Positions 1 through 9,315 of a stretch of DNA of 44,400 bases are shown piece after piece (position 1 is the stretch's first letter; each line of letters opens with the position of its first letter). The notes under the pieces were generated by a model. That model saw only the letters and a list, made by a program, of their open reading frames with translations, was not told the origin of the DNA and did no database searches. This DNA is from Methanobacteriota archaeon (GTDB lineage: Archaea > Thermoplasmatota > Thermoplasmata > RBG-16-68-12): contig VBML01000020.1 in assembly GCA_005878915.1 (NCBI GenBank), positions 1 through 44,400 of the forward strand. The letters are read 5' to 3'. Position numbers and translations under genes: made by a program.

Positions 1-97
1 CTCTAGCGTCCCGGCTGGTTAGCAGAAGAGGCCTTGATGGACTCATTCAGGAATCGTCTATGCCAGAGGCGGCGAACCCCCGTCACATCCTCGGAGC

Positions 98-110
98 AAA
101 GATTTATGAG
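98..110 (+). promoter_or_regulatory. Putative BRE/TATA promoter of the surface protein gene
   Basis: AAAGATTTATGAG, an AT-rich box about 40 nt upstream of GTG149 in a GC-rich background. Confidence 0.5.
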
Positions 111-148
111 CGTGGCGACTGGTCCGCGAACGGTTGGAGGGGAGCCAA

Positions 149-2503
149 GTGTCCCGCGTCGCTGTCGTGTCTCTCATTGGAATCTTGTTCTTCTGTGCAA
201 TCGCTCCTGGGATTGCGTCAACTCTCCCTGCCTCATTCCTCGCGCGTGCCCCACCGGCCGTAGGCCCCACCGCGGGATCCTTTGTCGGCTGGCGCGACAA
301 TTTCGATGACGTCTCGAGGGTAGGCGCGTCCTCGAACGTTGCCTTCAGTGGCTCGGATGTCCGGGTCCCCCCCGGCGGTGTCGCCACCCTTACCCGCCAG
401 GGCCTCGTGTTAGGAAGGGGCCCTCCCGGAGACTTTGACGCGGGTGAGCTCGGAGACCCGACGGTCGTGTTCGATCAGGGGATCTACCATATGTGGTACT
501 TCGGGAGCCCGGGAGCGGGGATGTGGAGCATCGGGTACGCGACATCCGCCGACGGGCAGGTCTGGACCAAGCAAGGACGCGTTCTCTCCTCCTCCATTCC
601 CGCGGACTCCGCCTCAGCGGCGTATCCAGAGGTGATCAAGGTCGGGAGCGAGTATTGGATGTGGTACTCAGGGAGTGACGGTTCCCGCTACCAGATACTC
701 CTGGCCACGAGCAGCGACGGCCTGGTATGGACCAAAAGGGGAGTGGTGGTTGGCGTCGGTCCTCCAGGGTCACCGGACGACCAACACACGTATGCCCCAT
801 CGGTCCTGATCCGTTCCGGGACGTTTTACATGTGGTATGGCGCGTTCGGGAGTCCAAACCCCGGCCGGCGTTCGGTTCTTCTCGCGTCGAGCACGGATGG
901 GGTTTCCTGGACGAAGCAGGGCGTCGTCTTGACCCCCGGCCCATCGGGATCGATCGACGAAGTCGGGGTGGACACGCCCTCGGTCCGGGTCGTTGGCGGT
1001 CAATACGAAATGTTGTACGGGGCCGTGGATAGCGCGATTCGCGCGCGCCTCGCAAGGGCGGTTTCTCCTGACGGCAGATCCTGGCAAAAGATGGGGATCA
1101 TCCTCGACCTCATGAGCCCCTATGAGAGCACGGTCCTCGACAACCCCTTCCTTCTTCCCGAGTCGGACGGGAGTTGGAAGGTGTATTACCACGCTCGCGG
1201 CGCGTCGCTCCAGATTTTCCTCGCGATCCGACCGCTTCCGGGGGGCCCGTCCGGGTGGCTTCGCTCAATTCCTATCACAATTCCAGCGGGACTCGAATGG
1301 TCATGGTTCAACCAGAGCGCATCGGTCCCCGCAGGCACGTGGTTGAATGTCACGGTTCGCGACGCGATGACAATGGCAATACTTGCGGGCATGGAGAACC
1401 GGACAGTAGGTGCTGTCGACCTCACGGGTGTTGACTCGAGTATTCATCCAGGGATTGTTCTCGAGGGTTGGCTTACCAGGGACCCTTCGGACACGCCCGT
1501 CCTCGATTCCTGGGAGGTGATCTGGCTCGACCGGTCGCCGCCCACGTTCGCGGGCCTTGAGACCGCGGATGACCTACGGACCGGCGGGTCGATTCGGCTA
1601 TCATGGTCGGCCGCCTCAGACCCGAGTGCGCCGATCTTGTACTCTGTGTACCAGTCGAGTGGCTCGGACGCTTTCGACTTCTCAACGCCGAGCTACACCG
1701 CGACAACGACGGCTTACGACGTGACGGCGCTCGTCGATGGCCGTCTCTACCGGTTCGTGGTGCGGGCTGAGGACGCTTGGGCGAATCAGGATACGAACAC
1801 TGTATCTCTCTCCGCGATACCGACCAACCCGTTCGATCGAAACGCACCGACCTTCGCGGGTCTCACCTCTGCGGCAGACGAGAGGACCGGCGGCGCGGTG
1901 AGGCTGGCCTGGTCGGATGCCGTGGACCCAGATACGCCTGCCTCGAACGCAGACCCATCCTTACCGATCACGTACTTGGTGTACGTGACACGGAGCGGGA
2001 CCTCGTTCGACTTCGGTGGCCCCGACCAAACCACATCGAATCGCACCGCCTGGGTCACAGGGCTCGTTGACGGAAAGTCATACGATTTCATTGTCCGCGC
2101 AATGGACAGTCGCGGCAACGCGGAGAGCAATACGGTGATTCGATCGGCCACGCCGACTCACCCGTTTGACTCTATGTACTCTATTTACGTTTCCGACAGA
2201 GCGTCTGGTCTCGGATCGGGTCCAGCAAACGGCAGTACGAGCGAGACGTCCCTTGAAATCGGCGGGCTGCGCCCGGGAAGGACATACTACATCTTGGTCC
2301 GTGCAACAGACGCAGCCGGGAACACGGAGATGAACACCCGGATTGTATCAATTCAGATTAAGGAAGCCGTCTCCGTGGCGCCGTTCGCCTGGATAGCCCT
2401 CATCCTGGTCATCGTCATCGCCGTTCTCGCAGCGGGTGTAGTCATGCGGAAGCGACGGAAAAAGGGGGAGACGCCGCCCCTCTCGCCCCCGCCTGCCCGA
2501 TAG
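149..2503 (+). CDS. Membrane-anchored surface protein: signal peptide, five-bladed beta-propeller (GH43/GH32/GH130-like fold), FN3-like repeats, C-terminal TM anchor
   Basis: Hydrophobic N-terminus from GTG149 after GGAGGGGAG; five repeats of 'P.V....G.Y.MWY.G...I..ATS.DG..W.K.G.VL'; repeats 'PTFAGL..A.D..TGG..RL.WS' and 'Y.F.VRA.D..GN.E.NT'; TM helix followed by RKRRKK. Confidence 0.85.
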   Translation: MSRVAVVSLIGILFFCAIAPGIASTLPASFLARAPPAVGPTAGSFVGWRDNFDDVSRVGASSNVAFSGSDVRVPPGGVATLTRQGLVLGRGPPGDFDAGELGDPTVVFDQGIYHMWYFGSPGAGMWSIGYATSADGQVWTKQGRVLSSSIPADSASAAYPEVIKVGSEYWMWYSGSDGSRYQILLATSSDGLVWTKRGVVVGVGPPGSPDDQHTYAPSVLIRSGTFYMWYGAFGSPNPGRRSVLLASSTDGVSWTKQGVVLTPGPSGSIDEVGVDTPSVRVVGGQYEMLYGAVDSAIRARLARAVSPDGRSWQKMGIILDLMSPYESTVLDNPFLLPESDGSWKVYYHARGASLQIFLAIRPLPGGPSGWLRSIPITIPAGLEWSWFNQSASVPAGTWLNVTVRDAMTMAILAGMENRTVGAVDLTGVDSSIHPGIVLEGWLTRDPSDTPVLDSWEVIWLDRSPPTFAGLETADDLRTGGSIRLSWSAASDPSAPILYSVYQSSGSDAFDFSTPSYTATTTAYDVTALVDGRLYRFVVRAEDAWANQDTNTVSLSAIPTNPFDRNAPTFAGLTSAADERTGGAVRLAWSDAVDPDTPASNADPSLPITYLVYVTRSGTSFDFGGPDQTTSNRTAWVTGLVDGKSYDFIVRAMDSRGNAESNTVIRSATPTHPFDSMYSIYVSDRASGLGSGPANGSTSETSLEIGGLRPGRTYYILVRATDAAGNTEMNTRIVSIQIKEAVSVAPFAWIALILVIVIAVLAAGVVMRKRRKKGETPPLSPPPAR

Positions 2504-2519
2504 AATCCGGTACGGCGCA

Positions 2520-3029
2520 TTACTTCCTACCCGGTTCCGTTCGAGCCTCGATCCAGCGCTCAGCTTCCTCTACCGACCTCTTGATGTGCGAGTCGTTCGC
2601 CAAGGACTTCGCGATCCACATTTCCATGAACTCGATTTCCCGGCGGCCCTCGGGGTTCGTCGAGGTCGTGGCCCGCATGGCCGGAAGAAACATGTGTCGC
2701 CACATCAGAATCTCCTTGACCATCAGCTTCTCGCGAGCGTATGGGTTTCGGTCGTAGGCCACGTCGAGCTGATCCCGCCACAACCGGAGATATCTGTCAT
2801 ACACAACGCCAAAGAGGAAAAGAGCGGCGAAAACGGCGAGGAAAAGAAGGATCAGGGTTGCTGCCACGACTCCGGGCATGCTCGGGTCGATGCCGAGCTG
2901 TCTTTGCTCGAACGGAAGGATATACGTCGTGGCCGTGAGGCTAATGACGGCACCCCACAGAAACAAACTCAGCAGGGTGTAGCTCTGCTGGATTCGCCAT
3001 AGCTGGGTCATCAGGGAGCGCTTCGCCAT
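2520..3029 (-). CDS. Hypothetical membrane protein (2 TM helices)
   Basis: 169-aa ORF with ATG preceded by GGAGGG; two hydrophobic segments. Confidence 0.75.
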   Translation of the reverse strand: MAKRSLMTQLWRIQQSYTLLSLFLWGAVISLTATTYILPFEQRQLGIDPSMPGVVAATLILLFLAVFAALFLFGVVYDRYLRLWRDQLDVAYDRNPYAREKLMVKEILMWRHMFLPAMRATTSTNPEGRREIEFMEMWIAKSLANDSHIKRSVEEAERWIEARTEPGRK

Positions 3030-3081
3030 GGCCCTCCGCTGTCTACCGGAGGAGAGCTATTAGTAGGTATCGCGGAGGAGG

Positions 3082-3645
3082 TTAGAGCGACGCAACGAAG
3101 ATCCTCTGGAGACTCCGATCATACGGCCGGGTCTCCTTGGCGTCGAGGCGCAGCTCGCGGTACGCCCCGGGGTAATCATGATTCCAACACCAGGGAATCG
3201 CTGCGCCAACTGCGTAGGGCTCGTACCAATCTAGATTTACGATGTGACGCCGGGCCACACGTGCCATCTCGGCGAGAGCCATTTGCATGTCCTTCGGAGG
3301 CAGGTGCATCAAGACCTCTGAAGCGATGACGAGGTCCACGCTGTGGCTCTTGAATGGCAGGGAGGCCGCGGACGATCGAATCAACGGAGATGCGATTCCT
3401 CCAAGGTACGTTCTTGCAGCCCGCAACTGGTCGAGACTTACGTCGCTAGCCCAGCCGCGCACACCGGGCCGACCGAGGAGGATCTTCGTGATCCGTCCGA
3501 ATCCGGACCCGACCTCCACGAAATCTTGGAATGGCAGCTGTTCGAGGACTCGTCTCAGCCCCGCCTTCTGCAACCGAAACCGTTCCGCATCTGAGGGCGT
3601 GTGCTCTCTCGCGAACTCGTCAATGTACGTCCTCCCCCGGTTTCG
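3082..3645 (-). CDS. Class I SAM-dependent methyltransferase, 5' end apparently missing
   Basis: Motif I 'FVEVGSGFGR', 'SDVS', 'LPFKSHSVDLV..SEVLMH'. Coding-like frame extends to 'RNRGRTYIDEF' at ~3645 with no start codon before the in-frame TGA at 3664. Confidence 0.75.
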   Translation of the reverse strand, partial: RNRGRTYIDEFAREHTPSDAERFRLQKAGLRRVLEQLPFQDFVEVGSGFGRITKILLGRPGVRGWASDVSLDQLRAARTYLGGIASPLIRSSAASLPFKSHSVDLVIASEVLMHLPPKDMQMALAEMARVARRHIVNLDWYEPYAVGAAIPWCWNHDYPGAYRELRLDAKETRPYDRSLQRIFVASL

Positions 3646-4493
3646 CGGAAGACGGCCGCAAGGTCATCCTCTGAGGCCCGCACGACGGGCACACCAGGCA
3701 GGAGCGGGGGATCGTATGAGCAGACAACGACCTTCCCCGATGCCATGCCTTCGATTGAGACGATGCCGTGCGCCCCGTGCTGGGTGATCGAATCGACAAC
3801 GACGTCGCACTGCTGCATCAGCTCCAACGCGCGGTCGTGCATCACACCCTCCACGATCCATAGCTCCGCTTGATCGGTCATGAGTTTCTCAATCCCTTGA
3901 CCTCGCGACACGGCTACATTGGTGGATCCTGCGAGGGTTCGGAACGCCTTCTCAATAATGGCCGTCCCCTTCAGCTCTCGATGCGTGGGGAAGTGGCCAA
4001 AGATGGCGACCCCGGACACCGTTGGCGGTTGGGTCCTTTCTTGGAATGCAACGGGGTTCGGAATGTACCGAGCACTCGGAACGAGACGGGCAAGGTCGGG
4101 CGTCGACACGAGAACGACATTGGCCCAGTTCATATGGTGAAGCCCTCGACCCGTCCGAGCATCCGTCCCGTGGAGGTGAACAACGAACACCGTGTCCCGA
4201 AGGATTCTCCGGAGGACGCCGTAGGCGATTTGGCTCCTCCAAATCCCTCCATGGATATGGACGACGTCTGCGTCCGCAAGCGCTCGCCAGCGGCGGAGGA
4301 TTGCAATGTTCCACGTGACCGGGTCGCCGCGAGTCGGGAGTTGTAGATCGCCGGGCCATTCGGACCCCCATCGAACTAGGACCTTCGCGTCGTGGCCCAA
4401 GGCGGTTTGAGCAGCGGCGAGTGTCCGCGCCACGTTCGCTATGTTGTTGATATGGAGAATCTTCGTGCGGGGCCTCCGGACATGCGGGGACAT
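3555..4493 (-). CDS. GT-B (GT4-like) glycosyltransferase, C-terminus apparently truncated
   Basis: Start ATG4493 (MSPHVRRPRTKILHINN); 'ADVVHIH', 'VHLHGTD', 'KGT', 'GIVSIEGMASGKVVV' GT4 signature. Confidence 0.8.
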   Translation of the reverse strand: MSPHVRRPRTKILHINNIANVARTLAAAQTALGHDAKVLVRWGSEWPGDLQLPTRGDPVTWNIAILRRWRALADADVVHIHGGIWRSQIAYGVLRRILRDTVFVVHLHGTDARTGRGLHHMNWANVVLVSTPDLARLVPSARYIPNPVAFQERTQPPTVSGVAIFGHFPTHRELKGTAIIEKAFRTLAGSTNVAVSRGQGIEKLMTDQAELWIVEGVMHDRALELMQQCDVVVDSITQHGAHGIVSIEGMASGKVVVCSYDPPLLPGVPVVRASEDDLAAVFRETGGGRTLTSSRESTRPQMRNGFGCRRRG

Positions 4494-4559
4494 TCCCTCA
4501 TCCCTTAAGGGTTCCCGCCCGCAGATACAGAGATAAGCAACAATTGGAATTGCCGCGTG

Positions 4560-5525
4560 ATGGCGAAGGCCGCCTGCATCACGGGAGTGACCGGGCAGGA
4601 CGGATCGTTCCTTGCTGAGCTTCTCCTCGCAAAGGGTTACACGGTCTACGGACTGGTCAGGCGCCTGAGCTCCCCGAACGTCGCGAACATCCGGCATCTC
4701 ATGGACCAGGTTCAACTGCTCGATGGCGACATGACAGACCAGAGTTCGATTCTCACCGCGCTTAAGGAGTCGAGACCAGACGAGATCTACAACCTCGCCG
4801 CACAGTCCTTCGTTCAGACGTCGTTCCGCCAACCTGTTCTGACAGCGGACGTCGACGGTCTCGGCTTGGTCCGCCTGCTGGAAGCCGCGAAGGAAGTCGT
4901 GCATGATGCCAGAATCTACCAGGCCTCCACGTCCGAACTGTTCGGCCTGGTCAAGGAGAGCCCGCAGAACGAGAACACCCCGTTCCACCCGCGATCGCCC
5001 TACGGCGTCGCGAAGCTCTTCGCGTACTGGGCCTGCGTTAACTATCGCGAGGCGTACGGGATGCACGTTTCCAATGGGATCCTGTTCAACCACGAGTCGG
5101 AGCGGAGAGGACTCGAGTTCCTGACCCGGAAGGTCACCCACGGCGTCGCAATGATCGCGAAGGGGAAGGCGAAGCACATCGAGCTCGGCAACCTCGACGC
5201 GAAGCGGGATTGGGGGTACGCCCCTGAGTACGTGGACGCGATGTGGAGGATGCTCCAGCAGCCGAAGCCGGACGACTACGTGATCGCGACGGGCGAGTCC
5301 CACACGGTGCGGGAGTTCGTCAAGCTCGCGTTCCGCGAGGTGGGGATCAAGGACTGGGAGAAGCATGTGAGGACGGATGCGAAGCATCTCCGGCCCGCGG
5401 AGGTGTACACCCTGTGCGGGGATGCCTCGAAAGCACGGCGGGTCCTCGGCTGGGAGGCGAAGACGAAGCTCCCTGAGCTTGTGAAGATCATGGTCGAGGC
5501 GGACCTCGAGCGGGTCGGCGGGTAG
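4560..5525 (+). CDS. gmd: GDP-mannose 4,6-dehydratase
   Basis: 'ITGVTGQDGSFLAELLL', 'YNLAAQS', 'YQASTSE', 'PRSPYGVAKL', 'NHESERRG', 'LGNLDAKRDWG'. Confidence 0.97.
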   Translation: MAKAACITGVTGQDGSFLAELLLAKGYTVYGLVRRLSSPNVANIRHLMDQVQLLDGDMTDQSSILTALKESRPDEIYNLAAQSFVQTSFRQPVLTADVDGLGLVRLLEAAKEVVHDARIYQASTSELFGLVKESPQNENTPFHPRSPYGVAKLFAYWACVNYREAYGMHVSNGILFNHESERRGLEFLTRKVTHGVAMIAKGKAKHIELGNLDAKRDWGYAPEYVDAMWRMLQQPKPDDYVIATGESHTVREFVKLAFREVGIKDWEKHVRTDAKHLRPAEVYTLCGDASKARRVLGWEAKTKLPELVKIMVEADLERVGG

Positions 5526-6032
5526 CTACTTCCGCGTGACGAGGGTGAAGATCAGCTTCTCCACGGTGTTGTCGAGGTACCGCTCGACCCACGGGAGGAT
5601 CCGCGGGAACCAGCGCTTCACGTACTTGTCAATGTGGTACTCGTGGACCTTCTCGACGGACGCGACGTCGAAGCGCGCGTCCGTGTAGTACGAGCGGTCG
5701 TCCCGCCCGAAGTAGTCGAACGTCTCCTCGGTGAAAAATCGGACGTGCGTGGGGTCCTTGTACGCGTTCGAGTGTTTGTAGTGGGGGACCTCGATCATCG
5801 TGCGCGCGCCGGACCGCGTCACGCGGTGGAGCTCCTCCATCGCCCGGATCGTGTCCGGGAGGTGCTCGATCACGTGGACCGCGATGACCTCGTCGAAGGC
5901 GTCGTCCCGAAACGGCCACGGGAAGCGCGAGAAGTCGCACAGGACATCGACGCCCTTGAGGGGTTTGCGGTCCGCGTTCACATACCCTTGTCGGATGTCC
6001 CGCCCGCTGCCCATGTTCAGCTTCCACGGCAC
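5526..6032 (-). CDS. Methyltransferase type 11-like protein (glycan-cluster associated)
   Basis: 'KLNMGSG....GYVNAD', 'FPWPFRDDAFDEV...HVIEH', 'DPTH..FF'; likely GTG start at 6032 just after the epimerase stop. Confidence 0.85.
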   Translation of the reverse strand: MPWKLNMGSGRDIRQGYVNADRKPLKGVDVLCDFSRFPWPFRDDAFDEVIAVHVIEHLPDTIRAMEELHRVTRSGARTMIEVPHYKHSNAYKDPTHVRFFTEETFDYFGRDDRSYYTDARFDVASVEKVHEYHIDKYVKRWFPRILPWVERYLDNTVEKLIFTLVTRK

Positions 6033-6036
6033 GGGG

Positions 6037-6975
6037 TCACCGGTTCCGCGCCCATGTGTCGAGGGTCCTGCGGAGGCCTTCGCGAAGGGGGACCTTGGCC
6101 TCAAATCCGAGGAGGGTGCGGGCCTTCGACGGGTCTGCCCGTGATCGCATCACCTCGCCCTCCCGCGGTGGGCGCTGGACCACCTTCAGAGGTCGGCCTC
6201 GGATCTCCCCGATGAGCCCGAGAAGTTTCGCGATGGAGGTCTCGCGGCCGGATCCCACATTGATGACCTCCCCTCCGACCCGCTTCGCCGTCGCGGCGCG
6301 GTCGAACGCCTCCGCCACATCCGCGGCGTACACGAAATCCCGCGTCTGCGATCCGTCCCCGTACATGTCGACCGGCGTCCCCGCGGTGGCGGCCTCCGAG
6401 AACTTCGCGACGACGCTCGCATACGGCGAGTCGGCCGCCTGGCGGGGGCCGTACACGTTGAAGAGCCGGAGGGCGACCGCCTCGACGTCTCCCTCGCCCC
6501 CGGCGGACCGGCAGAAGTACTCGCACGCGAGCTTGGTGACCGCGTACGGGGACAGGGGATCCGGCGGGCGGTCCTCCCGGAGGGGCCCACCGGCCCGGCC
6601 ATACACCGCGCACGTCGAGGCGAAGACGACACGCGATGCACCGGCCACCCCAGCGGCGGTGAGAACGTTCAGGGTGCCCATTACATTCGCTTCCGCGTAC
6701 GCAATGGGCTTCTCCCGACTCTCCGGCACGGACGTCAGGGCAGCGAGGTGGAAGACCGCGTCCGCGTCCCGGAATCCCCGTGAGAGGGCCTTTGGATCCA
6801 GGATCGAGCCCCGCACGATTTCGATACGGTCCTTCGCCCCCGCCAGGTTCTGGAGACGCCCCACGGTGAGACTGTCGAACACGACGACGTCGTTCGCTTC
6901 GGCGAGGCGGTCGACGATGTGGGAGCCGATGAACCCGGCGCCGCCGGTGACCACGACCCGCTTCCCCCGGAGCAT
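6037..6975 (-). CDS. NAD-dependent nucleotide-sugar epimerase/dehydratase (extended SDR, GalE-like)
   Basis: 'VTGGAGFIGSH', 'VFHLAA', 'PLSPYAVTK' (YxxxK), 'LRLFNVYGP', 'GDGSQTRDF'. Confidence 0.92.
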   Translation of the reverse strand: MLRGKRVVVTGGAGFIGSHIVDRLAEANDVVVFDSLTVGRLQNLAGAKDRIEIVRGSILDPKALSRGFRDADAVFHLAALTSVPESREKPIAYAEANVMGTLNVLTAAGVAGASRVVFASTCAVYGRAGGPLREDRPPDPLSPYAVTKLACEYFCRSAGGEGDVEAVALRLFNVYGPRQAADSPYASVVAKFSEAATAGTPVDMYGDGSQTRDFVYAADVAEAFDRAATAKRVGGEVINVGSGRETSIAKLLGLIGEIRGRPLKVVQRPPREGEVMRSRADPSKARTLLGFEAKVPLREGLRRTLDTWARNR

Positions 6976-7017
6976 CGCGCTGCGAACCGGGACGGCGATG
7001 TTAAAGCTTCCGCGGGG

Positions 7018-8004
7018 TCACGGCCATTCGGCGCGCATCGAACCATCCTGGGCCACACGGATCACGAGGTCCTCCGGCGAAAAGACGTTCTCCGTTCCCG
7101 AGTACAACGCCTGCGCCCGCCGGACCGGGTCGAAGTAGCCGAGGCGCCATGTGCCGGAGGTCCCGAGGGTCGCGTTCAGCGCGATTGTGTACGTGTTCAT
7201 CGCAAACGCCGTGTAGTCGAGGGACGACTCCGCGACCCCTCGCGCTCGCGGCAGGTCTTGGGCCGAGCCGTTCACCTGCAGAGCCGGAAAATACGCCCGG
7301 AACACGGGCGCCGCCGCCCCGGATTCCGCAAGGGAGACCCGCACGCTCCCGTTCGGGAGGTTCGTCCACGTCCACCACGTCTGCGGGTTCCACGTCGGGA
7401 CGGCGACGTCGTTCGGGTTCGCGCCCTGGACCGAGGCCTTCGTAAGCCCCCTCCAGGCACCTGTGGCGACGACCGCGGCCAGGAGGACGACGAGCAGGGC
7501 TCGCCTCTGGCGCACCGTCCCCACGCGCCACAGGCTGAGGACGAGCAAGGGGCTGGAGACGGCCAGGGGGGCGACATCGATGAAATAGAACCAATCAAGC
7601 TGGAACCGGGTCGCAGAGATCGGAGCGAAGAGGGCGGGACCCTGGATTGTCAGCATGTCCATCAGGATGTGCAGGAGGACGCCCGCGAACATCGGGAGGA
7701 CGATGGTCCGGTCGATTCGGAGGGAGATATCGACGCGGAAGATCCGGCGCCATGCCCGGAGGAGGACCGGCCGCTGGAAGACCCAGGTCGCGCCGAGGGC
7801 CCACGGAAGCCCCAGGAGCAGGGAATGAGAGAACGTGCGGTGGTCGAGGAACCACAACTGCGGGGCGAGGATCGTGACCGGCGTCAAGAGGGCATCGAGG
7901 TCCGGCGCCATGGCTCCGAACGCCATGGCAAGGGCGACCTTTCGATTCGCCCGGAGGACCAGCGCGAGCGCGACGGCGGTGAAGATGTGGGTGAACCAGT
8001 CCAC
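7018..8004 (-). CDS. Membrane metal-dependent hydrolase (YdjM/DUF457-like) with extracytoplasmic C-terminal domain
   Basis: 'DWFTH', 'GAMAPDLD', 'HRTFSHSL', 'HILMD' motifs with TM helices; GTG start at 8004 inferred. Confidence 0.85.
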   Translation of the reverse strand: MDWFTHIFTAVALALVLRANRKVALAMAFGAMAPDLDALLTPVTILAPQLWFLDHRTFSHSLLLGLPWALGATWVFQRPVLLRAWRRIFRVDISLRIDRTIVLPMFAGVLLHILMDMLTIQGPALFAPISATRFQLDWFYFIDVAPLAVSSPLLVLSLWRVGTVRQRRALLVVLLAAVVATGAWRGLTKASVQGANPNDVAVPTWNPQTWWTWTNLPNGSVRVSLAESGAAAPVFRAYFPALQVNGSAQDLPRARGVAESSLDYTAFAMNTYTIALNATLGTSGTWRLGYFDPVRRAQALYSGTENVFSPEDLVIRVAQDGSMRAEWP

Positions 8005-8094
8005 GGTCGCGGTATCGCGGTCGGTCCAAAAAGACCGAGGGTAGTGTACATGCAATACCCGCCTTCATCCCCTTCCCTCGACTAGCTCGGATCC

Positions 8095-8412
8095 ATGGAT
8101 CGATGGCAGTGGATTGTGGACAAGGTTGCGACGCCGGAGGATCAGGAGAACCTCGCTCTCCTTGCGCGGGTGATTGAGGTCGACTTCCGTGGACGCGTGG
8201 AACGCGAGAAGGACCTGACGGCCTTCATGGCCGAGCGGTACCGCTGGGGGAACAAGACGACCCGCCGCCGCGCGATGCGCCTCGCGGGGATTGGCATCCT
8301 CCGGTGGGCACGAAGCGAGCGGGATCACTGGACGAAGATCTACGAGCTCGTGTCGGACGTCGAACCGGATGCTCAGGCCACGAGCGCGGCGGGCGTTCTC
8401 GCCGGTCCCTAG
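8095..8412 (+). CDS. Hypothetical protein, possible winged-helix DNA-binding protein
   Basis: 105-aa ORF; 'TTRRRAMRLAGIGILRW......TKIYEL' resembles a wHTH recognition helix and wing. Confidence 0.6.
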   Translation: MDRWQWIVDKVATPEDQENLALLARVIEVDFRGRVEREKDLTAFMAERYRWGNKTTRRRAMRLAGIGILRWARSERDHWTKIYELVSDVEPDAQATSAAGVLAGP

Positions 8413-8951
8413 GCGGAAGGCTTGCCCCTGCGGTCCTTCTTGACTTTCTGAAGTTCCTGGAGGAAGTCGGAGGCCCAGAAGGCTCGCAGCGAGGTCATGA
8501 AGAAGTCGCAGGCGCTCAACGCAAGGATCTCGTCCGGCCGACCCGCCATCGACCGGTGCCGCAGGAGGGCGTCCTCTCGCTCGCGGAACAGCTCGAAGGG
8601 CACTCCCTCGTACCGGCTGCGGCGGGCGACGGTATGAAAGAGGGAGCCATTGCGGCCGATGAGCCGACGGTGGAGCGCATGGCCGCGGGGACGGACGAAC
8701 GCGAACACGATGGCCTCCGGCACAGTCGGCCGGATGTGTGCCCAGCGCGCCGAGTTCGTGATGAAGCCGACGAACCCGCCGATGCGGGCGCCGTCGACGG
8801 AACGCCACCACAGTTTGCCATAGAGGCCTCCGCTCTTCACGTCTCGTGAATCGAAGTTCTGTCGGATCCGACGGAGCGGGATCTGCATCCGTCGCATCGC
8901 CCGCTCGAGGGCGCGTAGCTCCACCCCACCCCGCGCGGGAGATGGCTCCAT
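8409..8951 (-). CDS. Hypothetical protein (basic)
   Basis: 180-aa ORF with protein-like composition, convergent with 8095-8412 (4-nt stop overlap). Confidence 0.6.
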   Translation of the reverse strand: MEPSPARGGVELRALERAMRRMQIPLRRIRQNFDSRDVKSGGLYGKLWWRSVDGARIGGFVGFITNSARWAHIRPTVPEAIVFAFVRPRGHALHRRLIGRNGSLFHTVARRSRYEGVPFELFREREDALLRHRSMAGRPDEILALSACDFFMTSLRAFWASDFLQELQKVKKDRRGKPSA

Positions 8952-9065
8952 CGGCGCCGTCGAGAGTGTAGCGACTCATCTAGTTTTCGCGGCGGGGATC
9001 CCGCGCAGAACCGGGGCATCGACGAGGCCGGCACACGCTTTATACAATATCGGGAATCCTGCCCC

Positions 9066-9272
9066 GTGGCGGGCGGATGGCGAAGCCGCAGGTTCTTTCT
9101 CCTGGGCCTGCCCATCCTCCTTGCGGGTCTCGCCGCGTTCGTCTGGGAGGAGACGCAACCCACAGACTTGGAACTGGTTTCCACCCCCCTCCTCCTTGTC
9201 GGCGTGTTCCTCGTCTTCGAAGGAGTCCTCGCATGGCGGCGGGAGCGGGCATCGAGGGATAACCCTAAATAA
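9066..9272 (+). CDS. Small two-TM membrane protein
   Basis: 68-aa ORF with two hydrophobic helices, preceded by TTTATA at ~9038-9043. Confidence 0.6.
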   Translation: MAGGWRSRRFFLLGLPILLAGLAAFVWEETQPTDLELVSTPLLLVGVFLVFEGVLAWRRERASRDNPK

Positions 9273-9315
9273 CACGCCCCGATTCAATCGAAGAGCGACT
9301 CGCCGGGGGAGTTCG

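Noticed and set aside
4494..5387. N-terminal ~300 aa of the 610-aa ORF 3555..5387
   Set aside because: Antisense shadow of gmd; the real GT starts at ATG4493
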